DNA of 63,443 nt, the filler included, from Octopus bimaculoides (taxonomy: Eukaryota), in NCBI RefSeq assembly GCF_001194135.2. It is 4 parts of 4 records of this genome, joined end to end, with 100 filler letters (N's around TTAATTAATTAA, not from the genome) between each part and the next. Parts side by side here need not be neighbours in the genome. Positions count along the whole stretch, not along the records: positions 23,010 to 44,809 come from NC_068983.1; positions 44,910 to 57,040 come from NC_068982.1; 2 more parts are not named here. One strand, 5' to 3'. The translations under genes and the position numbers were made by a program. Positions 37,101-49,737 of the stretch are shown piece after piece. Each line of letters begins with the position of its first letter. Position 1 is the first letter of the stretch. The notes beneath the pieces are model-generated. The model ran no database searches. It had not been told where the DNA came from and saw only the letters and a list, made by a program, of their open reading frames with translations.

Positions 37101-39954
37101 NNNNNNNNNNNNNNNNNNNNNNNNNNNNNNNNNNNNNNNNNNNNNNNNNNNNNNNNNNNNNNNNNNNNNNNNNNNNNNNNNNNNNNNNNNNNNNNNNNNN
37201 NNNNNNNNNNNNNNNNNNNNNNNNNNNNNNNNNNNNNNNNNNNNNNNNNNNNNNNNNNNNNNNNNNNNNNNNNNNNNNNNNNNNNNNNNNNNNNNNNNNN
37301 NNNNNNNNNNNNNNNNNNNTATATATATATGCATACACACTGAAAATAAGGTTAAAAATTGAACAATCGAGGGGATACTTTATCCTTTGTAGGCATTAAA
37401 CTTGAAACGAAATTGTGCTGTGAATATCCATTGAAGGTCCTAACATATTCCTTCGGTTTCTGTTGAGTTTCTAATTCCAAAATTAAAAAAAAACCGAATA
37501 AGTTCAGTATAAGGTCACAGATTATATTAGAAAATCACAAGGAGGGAGAATTATACATTATTTAATATGCTTATGCACGTATCTGAGAAAATGGCAAATT
37601 TCTCTGCAGTAATCATATGTATTTATCAATCCCATATTTGAATAATAAAGATTTTGAAAATCATCCTGTGCTTATCAGATCTATACTCGATGCGCGCACC
37701 ATGTAGTCAAACAGTTGTCTCTGTACCGTGGAAGCTGGCTTTGCGTTTGTATTGAAGATAGGAGGGAGTCTAGGTATCTCAGTTTCACTAGCGATATGGG
37801 AATACTTATACGAAATCATAAGATTAAGCGTACATTCCCTCTGCGAAATTTTAATACATATTTCAGTCATAGTCTTAATAAATAATATTTTCTTTATTTT
37901 TAAATCTCTTGAAGAGCGATATTCAGTAACAGTTCTTTAAAGTAAAGACTGTTTGACAACGTAATGTGGCTGTCATAGAAGGGACATTTCTTGTAGTTGT
38001 TTAACTACAGGAAAAGTAGTTTCCAGCTGGCTAGGGGCGCTAGACTCCATATTCGAATATTTAAGGACAGAGATATGGTGTCGTATATCCAGCGGAAAAC
38101 GATTTCCTGGGATTAAACAGCAGTAACAATCGTCCATTCCAGGAGAGTCACATATGTTGGTCAATAGTCTTTACATTAAATATTTATTCATTGATAAGTA
38201 ATAATACTTACAATCACATAGACACACACACACACACGCACGCAAACACTCAAATAAAATTGCACAGAGAATTTCACACACACTTAGTACATATATGTGT
38301 AAGTGTGTGTGTGTGTGTGCGTCTGCGTGGACACTTGAATGTTTATAATTTTGCACTTCATATATTTCTACATTATAAGAATTTTGAATATTTGTCAGTA
38401 CTTCATTGATAATTAACTGAGTTAGTGAGGACACGATTTTCTTTTCTTCCATTATATATTTATTTGACACATATATTGTCAGACATAATCGCTTGCAATT
38501 TTTCATTTAAAAGACATTCATTAACGTTCCCTGGATGAAACTCTCCTTATTAAAATAAGAAATCATGAAAAATGTAATTTAATGATGATAGCGTTGATTC
38601 AGTTGACACAGGCATTATTGCATTTGAGTAAATATTTAACATATTTCCATAGCACACATCACACCATGATGACTAATTAGACTCTATGTAAACATAAATT
38701 TTATAAATAGTTATTTGAATTAAATTATTATTTAATTTGTGCTGCGGTACAATACACAACTGTGCTCGATATTGATCTTTATTGATCGATATCGAACTCT
38801 ACTGAATTTCTAAAGCTACAGAACATCCTAATTGAAATAATTTTAATGATATGCATCGGTTATTGTCTGAACAAATTTTGCTCTTGTATAGCTTTATATA
38901 CCCAACCACATGTAATACCTTCACATTTGAACGTGAGGAACTGCATTTCTCAATTGACTTAAACTAACCCAAATCACATTGTGTAACAAGGTTTTTGTCC
39001 TTGGGTAGCAACTTTTTTCCTATGTGCCCTTAGAAATTAGGAAAAATGGTTACTATTTCCTCCAAACTTTCCCTTTATTGCGAAATTTTTTCAAGCACCA
39101 AAGAATTTCTTTCACTACATGGCAATGATGCTTCTCCACTATTTCTATTGTCAGCGAACAATATAAACGTTCAAGTGGTTAAGGTGAAGCAACTTAGATA
39201 CAAATTTGTTATATTGAGCAAAATATTTGCTATAACGACATTTCTGCATCAGCAACTCAGCGCTGAATCTGGTTGAAATATAATGGAAGATAGATCAGTT
39301 TCAATGCATTGATGTCCAAATCACAAAATCAAAGTTTTACGGGAATAATAGTAATTTCCTTTGATTTCTTTATAGATGAAAATGTGAAATAGCACTTACT
39401 GACCAAAGGCAACATAGAGTAAAACAAAAAAACGTTATTATCACCCCTGTAGCTGTAAATATTTAAACAATTTGAAAGCATTTTTAACGGACTATATAAC
39501 CATTAAAACTGATTCAAGACAACGAAAAGAATTTCATTGTGCTTACACGATAAAGTACAAATAGCAGACAAATAAGTTTTAAATTATATCTTATCCCACT
39601 AAAAGAGAACAAATCATATAATATTGATTGAAATTCTTTTAAAAGTGCTCCAGTCGACAAAGATTGACCCGGAACGAAGCACAACGACTGCTATAGTATA
39701 GTGTGAACCGCCAATGTTTATACTATCCTTTTCGATTTATTGTATTATCAATAGAACGTAGACGCACAAATAAGCAGAAATGTCCCCACAGTGTAAGTGC
39801 AGGGGTGAATTTCTGTATATATTTGTACATGTTCAACAGCACACTTATATACATGCATGTGTTGATATGTTATTTAGGTCTGTGTGTTTGTGGGCGAACT
39901 TGTGTGTATGTGTTTCGTGAATGTGTGTGTGTGTGTGTGTGTGTATGTGTGTGT

Positions 39955-40040
<86 letters not shown>

Positions 40041-40129
40041 CGTTCGTGTGTAGCAGGTCACAAACGAAAACAATTGGTAACATGTAGTATATATTTGGCA
40101 TTGGGTGTGCAATCGTAATGTCAGTTACC

Positions 40130-40250
40130 TTTTATCTTTTATCTGTTTTCAGTCGTTGGAATTATGGTGAAGCACAACCTCGATGGTTTTCATCGACTAA
40201 ATCCCCTTCAGTACTTATTTCTTAAGACTGGTACTTATTCTATTTACCTC
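40130..40250 (-). mobile_element. Heavily diverged SINE family A tail
   Basis: ttttatcttttatctgttttcagtc...tcgactaaat...ctggtacttattctat resembles 572-700. Confidence 0.5.
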
Positions 40251-41626
40251 ACGCTAAATGTGTCAGACAGTATGTGACCAAAAACAAAACAAAAAATGAC
40301 AACCCCGGTTTTGAAGTGACAAGGGGCCACTGAGATTGTGCCGACGAAATTCGAACAGAACATATCTGCCGGACTGCTGTTATAGTTGTAGACACGCAAT
40401 CCAAACGACGTTTAAAACATGTGACTGCAAGACGATCTTCTTAATCACACAACCAGGTATGTGCCCATGCAGGTTTTACGAATTAGAAGCTTACACGGAT
40501 AAAACTTCATATTAGTCGACAATTGATTGATATTCACACCGTTCTTTTTTCGCATGTATTCCTTGAGACGTTGGAAGAATTGGAATAAATCTTCTGCTGC
40601 GAATGGAACGCTTTATTTATGTAGAACAAACGCTGATACTCCCTGGAGATTTTTCAAATAGTGTAGTAAGCACTTTTCTCACTGCAACTGATAACTGTTT
40701 AATGGGGCAGGTGCAACAAAGATATCTGGACAATGAAAAAAATTGAAACAACAGAAGGGCACATCCGCATATGTCTGCAAAGCCTGCTGGACGATGAAAT
40801 ATCCAGAAGATCTGAGCAGCGTAGCATTCTTGTTGCAGATTTACAGATAGGAAATTGATATTACTACATCTCCTGAAACACAATTATCAGAAGTGGATTA
40901 CCTATACGAAATAATATTGGTAGAAGTGTTTCTTTGGTTCGCATGCGAGAGGAATTAGACTTGAAATTTGACGTTGTCTTAGAAATACGGGAACCATGTG
41001 GATAGCGTAAATTAAATGTCATCCAATCTGGACTACTATATCATTAAAATACTGGTGCTAGCTAAACCTTTACTGATCTTATTCATTGATTAAGAAGGTA
41101 TCTTAGAGAGATGCATAGATAATTTTACCGATCTCCTGAACAATCCATCTGCAATATAGGATAATAAAGAAATATGCTAAATTAACAGCAAAGATGGTTT
41201 TAGATTACGTGGGTTGATCAATCGACTACAGCCGCTAGGATTCTAAGCAAGTTACGATCAACGCTAACTGGCTCAGCTGGGTGGATATGTCTGATGTTCG
41301 AAGTTAAAGAACAACTGATGGCTGTAACAACTGTTGATGTGTTACATCTTAATGAAGACATGCAGCTACTGGATAAAATTAGACAAAAATATGTTGACAT
41401 CAAGATATTTGGGCGATACTTTTCATGTTCCATGCTAATATTTGATCGAATATGCTGAGTCAGTTATTGAGACTGACAAAGCAAAGAGTGGAATTTATAG
41501 ACATTATATATCTACTAGTGATATTTAAATGAAGAGTTTTCCAGTTTACGAAGCTAATGCATTCATTTACTGGGAAAGGAACAAAAGAGAATTCATCAAA
41601 ATCTCCGAAGCAATATCTACAGAAGT

Positions 41627-41779
41627 TTGGCACAAGGGCTGAATTTTTGGTGGAGGGGTTAGTTGATTATATCATCCCAAGTGCTTCAATGATTCTTACA
41701 TTATCGGCCCGACAGTATGAAAGGCAAAATTGACAAATTGCCGCTAACTATTTCGCCCGGCGTACTAATGATTCTGCAT
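41627..41779 (-). mobile_element. Diverged SINE family C with alternative tail
   Basis: tttggcacaagg...atgaaaggcaaaattgac...ctatttcgcccggcgtactaatgattctgc is similar to the 12257 and 21254 copies. Confidence 0.55.
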
Positions 41780-41852
41780 GGAGAAAAACCTCTTCTAGTG
41801 CGAATACCTTGCAAGGCTATACAGAGAATAAGAGAAACTAAGTAAAAGACAA

Positions 41853-42838
41853 TGGCGTAAAAGCTCTGGACTAAAAGCTGAAACGAAAGGAGTGATTCTC
41901 GTTGCACAGGACCAGTGTCTGACTAGAAAGAACTATGAAAGCAAAATAAGGGAAAACATGCCCTAACCCTAAATGCAGAATATGCAGGCAGTACAGTGAG
42001 GGAATTGACAACATCATGTCCGGCTGTCCGCTCTTTGCCAAATCTGAATAAATATACAGACTTAACCGACTAAGAAGTTGTATCCAAAGGTCAACGTAAA
42101 AATTGAAAGTAAATAGTATTAACATGTGCTAAACAAGGTACAGCATTAAGACCAAGCTACATTCGTCTGGTATATGCCTGTTCAAACCACAAAGAAATAA
42201 AAGCTAAACGGTCAGTCATAATAATCAAAGATTGGGAAAAAAATCACCTGTTAACTGATAGATACTTTATTACATTCTGATCAAAATATTGTCCAAAAAG
42301 GTGTGGAGAAATTGTTAAAGTACAAAGACCTAGAGTTTAAAGTATTGAAGATGTGGAGTATCAAGGTGTAAACCATACCAGTAATAAGTGGAGCATTTGG
42401 CATGATAACAAAGAAACACATGAACGAAGATGTTGAAACTTTTTCTGGATCCTCAACACTAAACACTATCCAAACAATTGGCCCAGCTATGAACAGCCCA
42501 CATACTACACAAGATACTCTGCATTCAATAATTCACCAACGCAAGACACATTCTATACCGCAAATATCCAATGAAATAAACTGCTACCAGCAAGCTGCAT
42601 GCCCAATTCATTACACACGTATACAATACAAACACTAACACGACAAAAGACTGCGCCACTCCGGAAAAAAAAGAAAGTAAAGAAACTGACGCAATGTAAT
42701 ACCTGGAACAGTTTTCTCTCTTCCAACTAAAAAAGAGCACACGACGCAGCACACATCCCAGAAACACGGAGGTGATGTAGTAGAAATTTGCCCGAAGCTA
42801 CAAAATTTTGAACAAGAACGACAACAACAATAATAATT
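41853..42838 (+). mobile_element. R4/Dong-like non-LTR retrotransposon 3' fragment (zinc knuckle + restriction-like endonuclease), degraded
   Basis: GLKAETKGVILVAQDQCL...CRICRQYSEGIDNIMSGC (CCHC-type)...KEIKAKRSVIII...EKLLKYKDL...PVISGAFGMITK...HILHKIL, stop at 42529-42531, then 3' UTR ending in (AAC)/(AAT). Confidence 0.85.
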
Positions 42839-42839
42839 A

Positions 42840-43170
42840 ATGCCCTGACGTAGAAGCAGGCACTGGCGCTCATGGCTGTTGGACTTAACTGATTAGAAGT
42901 GTTATCATGCACATGATCTTTCTTGGTATAATGATGGGCTACAGTAAGTATCCTGCTCAATACCACAGATTTATTTCGCAGTTATTTGACCTTAATCAGT
43001 TGAGAATGTCACTTGGTCGCTGACGATATACGTATCTCTGATCAGGAGCAGACGTAGTGGCGGAGCATCAGAGCCATATGTTAAGACGGTTTTTTGGGGG
43101 TTTGAATAATTCACACCTGGAAACATGTGTGTCCATTCAACGTCCTTAAACAGTGATTATTAAGGGATCT
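42840..43170 (+). mobile_element. Interspersed repeat family D, 5' portion
   Basis: gctgacgatatacgtatctctgatca...ggagcatca.agccat.tgtt...ggggtttgaataattcac...cgtccttaaaca overlaps in sequence with the 9252 and 54608 copies. Confidence 0.75.
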
Positions 43171-44909
43171 ATTTTAATAAAGCATCTATAGTATATTGCT
43201 TCATTCAGTATGGTTATTTTTGAAAAGAATACACATATAAATCTATAGAAAGTATCAACAATTGTGTGTGCGTGATTCTCTGTGTGTGTGTTTCTTTTCT
43301 AAGGCATTTATTTTCTTAATGTAGAACTATCTCTGTTCTTTGGCCTTCTGGATATGTTTATAAAATGACTGTCCAACATTTTATTAACGATATTATCATA
43401 GGTGTTCGAGCACCTGAAATCGCCTAATTATCAGACTCTTAAAGTAACATATAAATCCTTTTGAGATATACGTATAACACTTGCTATTCAATCTACTGTT
43501 ATATGGAGTTGCTGAGAGTGTTCACTCACTTCGTGCATTAAAATCTGCTTTAATGGTGAACTTTGGAATTGAACACTACCATGTCTTCCATATATAACAA
43601 TAGTCACTCTCTTTTAATCCGCATTCTCTTTTTCTAACTTTCTATACAAACACACGCGCACACACACATATACACACACACGCACCTACACTTTCATATG
43701 CGCATATAAATATATAATTTTTAATATGAATATATGTGTGTATGTGTGTGTATATGTGTGTAACCGATTGGGTAGATTTATAAACAAATCTAACTTTAGC
43801 ATTACTACATAGTCTGAAAAGAAATGAAGAACTATTATCGATTTTCGAATCTTACTGGATTCTAATCAGAGACGTCGACAATCAATTTGACCACTTCTAG
43901 GGAAGAAAGATGAAGATCTGTTTATATAGTCAATAATTTCAGTTGCTACAAGAAACTGGAGCTACAAATATTCGTAGAGTAAATGTGAACACTTTATTTA
44001 ACATAAAGGGCCTGTCAACATTGTTCTCAGTTCACACAACACGAAGGTATGATGCAATCTATGTAGCGAATATAGTGGATACATAAAGGGGGATAATATA
44101 TAAAAAAGATAAGTAGACCGTAAACAGGATGAACAGCCTTAATCGATTTTCGAGTGTATATATATATAGGTATAAACGCACGTACACACATATATGTACA
44201 TAGCGTTTCGTTTTACCATAAAATTCTACATTGTGTGAGGATTCCCTTTGAAACTACCTTTCAAACATGCATAAACACATTGATAAGCACACAAACATAC
44301 ACACCCCATCATTAGACAAACATATATAAACGCATATACACAATTGTTTAGGAGTTGATTTAGAGGATACTATTTACATTTATATTTGTATTTTGAGTAC
44401 TGAACATATTGTAATATCTGTCAGAAAAGAGAGTTTCCTACAGGAAATTAATGCTGTAAATGATTTAATATATAAAATGTGTCAAGAAATATTCACAATA
44501 CAGTCACACCAGATATATGAAACAGGATAAAATTGCGGTTTATTTATATTAATTTGGGGTCTCATAATAAGTGATGTGTACGATCGGCATTGTATATTGC
44601 TCTGTTCTGAATACAGCTTGTATCATTATGATTGTATTGTGTAAAGAAGATTTTGAAAATTAGTTATTTAAGGGAGGACAGTCGTATTTTTGTGTTTGTT
44701 TATGGCATTGTCTCATAGATATATAGGAAGATAAATAAGTAAATAAATATGTAGGTAGGGAGCTAGATAGACAGGTAGATAGATAGATAGATAAGTGTAT
44801 ATATATATANNNNNNNNNNNNNNNNNNNNNNNNNNNNNNNNNNNNNNNNNNNNTTAATTAATTAANNNNNNNNNNNNNNNNNNNNNNNNNNNNNNNNNNN
44901 NNNNNNNNN

Positions 44910-44947
<38 letters not shown>

Positions 44948-45110
44948 AATTCTATAATCTATAGTGACGTTTCTTTAAAATTTCTTGTGGTAATCATGTA
45001 TAGCACTATTTTATCTTTTTAAGGAATTTTCTGCATCATTTAACCTGTAAATTTACTAATTAGATATATTACAAACTGAGACATTGCAGTAAAATAGATA
45101 CTTGGCTGTG

Positions 45111-45343
45111 TTATTTCTTTACTACCCACAAAGGGCTACACACAGAGGGGACAAACAAGGACAGACAAAGGGATTAAGGCGATTATATCGACCCCAGTGC
45201 GTAACTGGTACTTATTTAATCGACCCCAAAAGGATGAAAGGCAAAGTGGACCTCGGCGGAATTTGAACTCAGAACGTAAAGACAGACGAAATACCGCTAA
45301 GCATTTCACCCGGCGTGCTAACGTTTCTGCTAGCTCGCCGCCT
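45111..45343 (-). mobile_element. SINE family C, near full length
   Basis: Nearly collinear with 21254-21486; B box gagttcaaattcc. Confidence 0.9.
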
Positions 45344-45345
45344 TG

Positions 45346-45441
45346 ATGTGGTAAGTAGCTTGCTTACCAACCAACCACACGGTTCTGGGTCCAGTCCCAC
45401 TGCGTGGCATCTTGGGTAAGTGTCTTCTACTATAGCCTCAG
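45346..45441 (+). mobile_element. SINE family A head (partial)
   Basis: tgtggtaagtagcttgcttaccaacc...gggtccagtcccactgcgtggcatcttggg; ends at a 10-N gap. Confidence 0.85.
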
Positions 45442-46268
45442 NNNNNNNNNNATATATATATCTATATGACGCCAAGCTTGATTTTTCTGTAATTTCCGTT
45501 CTATCATCTACATGTCAAATATGTGCGCTATGATTACTTCTGGTGACGTCGAAGGGGAAAATATCTACCGTTATTTTATAATTTTATATTTTCCTTAAGT
45601 TTCCCATAGATTGATTCTAAAATGGCAGTTATATAATATTTATCATTCGTCATAGCATCATATTCTTTACTGTCATCTTCACCGAAAAAAGAAATATCAC
45701 TCTATGAGTTCGCTAAATCATAATTACCCATAGGTATATATATTGACACTTGCACTAGCTTGCGAAGAAGACAATCTATGTAGGCGGTCGATAGACTAGA
45801 TATAGCAGCCAAATATCTGTTTCGCATTGCAGCTTATTTTTCTTAAAATAGATGAATGTATTGGATAAAGTAATGCAAGATATAACAGAAAAGAAGATTA
45901 AGAGATGAGATTACCAGCGAAATGATAGTCGAATGAAGAGTATATATCGCATCAGTTTTATAGTTGGGCTTTGTAGTCCGGCAAATAGATAAGTACATAC
46001 TAATAATAGATATAGAAGCGTGGATGTATATCTTGCAATTTTTGTTCTGGTTGTAGGGATGAAATTCCGGTCGAATGATGAATATTGAACATTCGAAAAT
46101 AGAAAGTACAGAGAAAAAATACCAAAGCTAATGCGACAATTCTGAATGAACTATGCTCTTTCACGTGTGGCGGTCTTTGACCATTTCTACGAAGAAAGGT
46201 ATATTATTTTCTTCCAAAATGAGGTGAGACTGAAGGCTTGAATTTAAATCAAGTAATTTCGTCTTGTT

Positions 46269-46306
46269 TCTTCCTGTGGAAGAGCGTAGGCTCGAAACGT
46301 AAAAGA
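46269..46306 (+). ncRNA. Type I hammerhead-like motif with variant core CUGUGGA, within a repeat (about 46258-46395)
   Basis: tcttc-CTGTGGA-a-gagc(gtag)gctc-GAAAC-GTA-aaaga; same family as 18211. Confidence 0.5.
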
Positions 46307-46423
46307 TTTTTCCATTTTCCCCAAGCGTCACACTGATACACTTACTTGTTGTTCCTACACCTGTCTTCGTCTTTATTTTTATATAAATTTGAATTAATAT
46401 AGAGAGTACAACACACAGACACA

Positions 46424-46475
<52 letters not shown>

Positions 46476-47123
46476 NNNNNNNNNNNNNNNNNNNNNNNNN
46501 NNNNNNNNNNNNNNNNNNNNNNNNNNNNNNNNNNNNNNNNNNNNNNNNNNNNNNNNNNNNNNNNNNNNNNNNNNNNNNNNNNNNNNNNNNNNNNNNNNNN
46601 NNNNNNNNNNNNNNNNNNNNNNNNNNNNNNNNNNNNNNNNNNNNNNNNNNNNNNNNNNNNNNNNNNNNNNNNNNNNNNNNNNNNNNNNNNNNNNNNNNNN
46701 NNNNNNNNNNNNNNNNNNNNNNNNNNNNNNNNNNNNNNNNNNNNNNNNNNNNNNNNNNNNNNNNNNNNNNNNNNNNNNNNNNNNNNNNNNNNNNNNNNNN
46801 NNNNNNNNNNNNNNNNNNNNNNNNNNNNNNNNNNNNNNNNNNNNNNNNNNNNNNNNNNNNNNNNNNNNNNNNNNNNNNNNNNNNNNNNNNNNNNNNNNNN
46901 NNNNNNNNNNNNNNNNNNNNNNNNNNNNNNNNNNNNNNNNNNNNNNNNNNNNNNNNNNNNNNNNNNNNNNNNNNNNNNNNNNNNNNNNNNNNNNNNNNNN
47001 NNNNNNNNNNNNNNNNNNNNNNNNNNNNNNNNNNNNNNNNNNNNNNNNNNNNNNNNNNNNNNNNNNNNNNNNNNNNNNNNNNNNNNNNNNTATATATATA
47101 TAGAGAGAGAGATAGATAGATAG

Positions 47124-47159
<36 letters not shown>

Positions 47160-47163
<4 letters not shown>

Positions 47164-47372
47164 TTGTGTGTCTGTGTTTGTCCCCCAACATCGCTTGACA
47201 ATCGATGCTGGTGTGTTTACGTCCCCGTAACTTAGCGGTTCGGCACAAGTAACCGATAGAATAAGTACTTAGCTTACAAAAAATAAATCCTGCGGGTGAT
47301 TTGCTCGACTAAAGGCGGTGCTCCAGCATGGCAACAGTCAAATGATTGAAAAAAGCAAAAGAATAAAACAAT
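47160..47372 (+). mobile_element. SINE family A tail after an internal (TA)(AG)(TG) tract; head presumably in the gap
   Basis: tgtttgtcccccaacatcgcttgacaa...gtgctccagcatggcaacagtcaaatga...aaaagaataaa. Confidence 0.9.
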
Positions 47373-47605
47373 ACATATATGAAAACGAAGGTGTTTTAAA
47401 ATATATAAAAGTATTTTTTCCTACTGGAACTTTTGCGCAAATACTAGTAGCACCCATTGACCAAATTTCAGTAAAGTATATGGTGTTAAGCATCATATAA
47501 ATAATCAAAGAATAATTAATGCTAATGGAATAAAAACAGAAAAAAAAAAATTAATTAATTTATGAGAAAAATATGTTATCATTACAGAGAATATTCGCAT
47601 AAGCA

Positions 47606-47780
47606 CAGGAGTGGCTATAGGTGCAAGAGCGGCTGTGTGGTAAGTAGCTTGCTTACCAACCACATGGTTCTGAGTTAAGTCCCACTGTGTGACACCTTGG
47701 GCAAGTGTCTTTTACTATAGCCTCAGGCCGATCAAAGCCTTGTAAGTAGATTTGGTAGAAGGAAACTGAAAGAAGCCTGT

Positions 47781-47849
<69 letters not shown>

Positions 47850-48067
47850 GTGCTTGCGTGTGTGTGTGTGATTGTTTCTCCACAATCGCTTGACAACCGA
47901 CGCTGATGTGTTTACGTCCCGTAACCTAGCGGTTCGGCAAAAGTTCCCGATAGAATAAGTACTAGGCTTACAAAGAATGATTCCTGGGTTCGATTTGTTC
48001 GACTAAAGGTGGTGCTCCAGCATGGCCACAGTCAAATGACTGAATCAAATAAAAGAATAAAAGAATA
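47606..48067 (+). mobile_element. SINE family A, complete: tRNA-like head - body - (TA)n(TG)n - tail
   Basis: A box ggctgtgtggtaag (47631), B-box-like gagttaagtcc (47672), internal microsatellite about 47783-47870, tail ending (aaaagaat)n. Confidence 0.92.
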
Positions 48068-48278
48068 GCGACAGTATAAGGTAAGGGTGCTGTAAACGTT
48101 TTCTGCAACAAGCATACCACCATACCACGCCTCATTTCTCTCTATTTTGTGAGCAAGTAATGCAGAACAGGTAGAATGACCACGTGACCCTCGTAATATG
48201 CTCGATATCGGCAAACCACAATCAAATACCTTGGTGATGCATACACTATAGATAACAATTAGGCTGGCAGTGCAAGGT

Positions 48279-48530
48279 GGAGGCGCGTGGCTTAGTGGTT
48301 AGGGTGTTGGCATCATGATCGTAAGATTGTGGCTTCGATTCCTGGACCGGGCGACGCGTTGTGTTCTTGAGCAAAACACTTCATTTCCACGTTGCTCCAG
48401 TCCACTCAGCTTGCAAAAATGAGTAACGCTGCGATGAACTTGCGTCCCGTCCAGCTGGGGAACACATACGCCATTGAAACCGGGAAACCGGGCCCATGAG
48501 CCTGGCTAGGCTTTAAAGAGGGCGCATTTA
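48279..48530 (+). mobile_element. SINE family B, tRNA-derived head
   Basis: A box tggcttagtggtt, B box ggcttcgattcc, then gttgtgttcttgagcaaaacacttcatt. Confidence 0.88.
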
Positions 48531-48686
48531 TTATGGCAGTGCATGATAATACACCAGAAGAGCAAGTATGGGAAATAAAACCACGAAGAAAGAATACATT
48601 GCGATAATGAGCACACATGCGCACACACACATATATGCAAATATATATAAATTCACACAGACTCACACACACGCACACACACACAC

Positions 48687-48730
<44 letters not shown>

Positions 48731-49360
48731 TAAATATACATTCACATATATACATACATATTTGCCGTTATCAGACAGATATTTCATTAAGATAAGCATC
48801 ACTAAATTTATAATTATTTAATTGTGATACCTAATTAATTTTATCTAAAGTAATTTAAAATGCTTTTCTGCTTTTATTCTATGTTTCTCTTAAAAAATCG
48901 TTTTAACCGATTATTTATCTGTACAGGGAACTCGGTCGCATCTGTATCAAAGCATTCGTGTTGCGGGCCCAGGAAACTCTAAGTTACATGGAGCCGAATC
49001 AATTTGTTATTAAATAACATATAACTATTCAAATGCGTTGAGTGCCACTTACTTTCATTTGTCCCTCACTTACATATATACATACAGATCTACAAGATCC
49101 TTTTGAACAAACAGCACATGCAATTAATATCTCCACACTATGCATTTAGAAAATATGAACTCCTATCAGAATTTACATACCGTGGACAAGAATCCTATCT
49201 AACCATTCTACACAACACATTCCTTCGATAATGGAACCACAACTGTAACATCCAACATATTTTAATTCTCTTATTTCCCTTTGTACTTCCTGTATCTCTC
49301 CCTTTCCAACATAACTTCTATTGAACTCTACTATTTCCTTCTGTTTAACTCTCTCACATC

Positions 49361-49407
49361 GTCTCTGATGATAGGATATCTTTTATATCCTGAAACAGCT
49401 GTAAGAC
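49361..49407 (+). ncRNA. Type I hammerhead ribozyme, canonical core
   Basis: gtct-CTGATGA-t-aggatat(ctttt)atatcct-GAAAC-AGCT-GTA-agac: perfect 7-bp stem II, 8-nt palindrome ACAGCUGU as stem III, GUA site, stem I gtct/agac. Confidence 0.85.
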
Positions 49408-49482
49408 TACCTTTCTCTTTATAAAATGTCCAAGAAATTTCACACTGACTTGACTTTGTTGTCCCATTTTATTCAACATATA

Positions 49483-49737
49483 TATACATACGTGCAAGTG
49501 GTTGAGTACTCCACAGACACGCGTACCGTTAATGTAGTTCTGAGAGAGATTCAGCGTTATACACATTGTGGTAAGGCTGGCTCTTTGAATTAAAAGTTCT
49601 TCTCACATTTACCATCTGAGTGGACTGGAGCAACATGAAACAAAGTGCCTTGCTCAAGGACACAACACGCCGCTGGGAATTGAACTAATGACCATACGAT
49701 CGTGAATCGAATATCCTAAGAAGTAAACCATGTGCAT
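49483..49737 (-). mobile_element. SINE family B-related copy with a different tail
   Basis: Reverse complement ...catgatcgtatggtcattagttcaattccc...gtgttgtgtccttgagcaaggcactttgtttcatgttgctccagtccactcag... shares its body with 48279. Confidence 0.7.

Noticed and set aside
37661-38164. 168-codon minus-strand frame with two stops and a faint leucine-rich-repeat feel (STVQRQLFDYMVRASSIDLIS)
   Set aside because: No complete LxxLxLxxN motif, and the segment lengths are within chance expectation for this window.
48279-48360. Functional tRNA genes at SINE heads (also 32686, 47606, 63225)
   Set aside because: A/B boxes are present but no complete cloverleaf could be folded, and each continues into a repeated SINE body.
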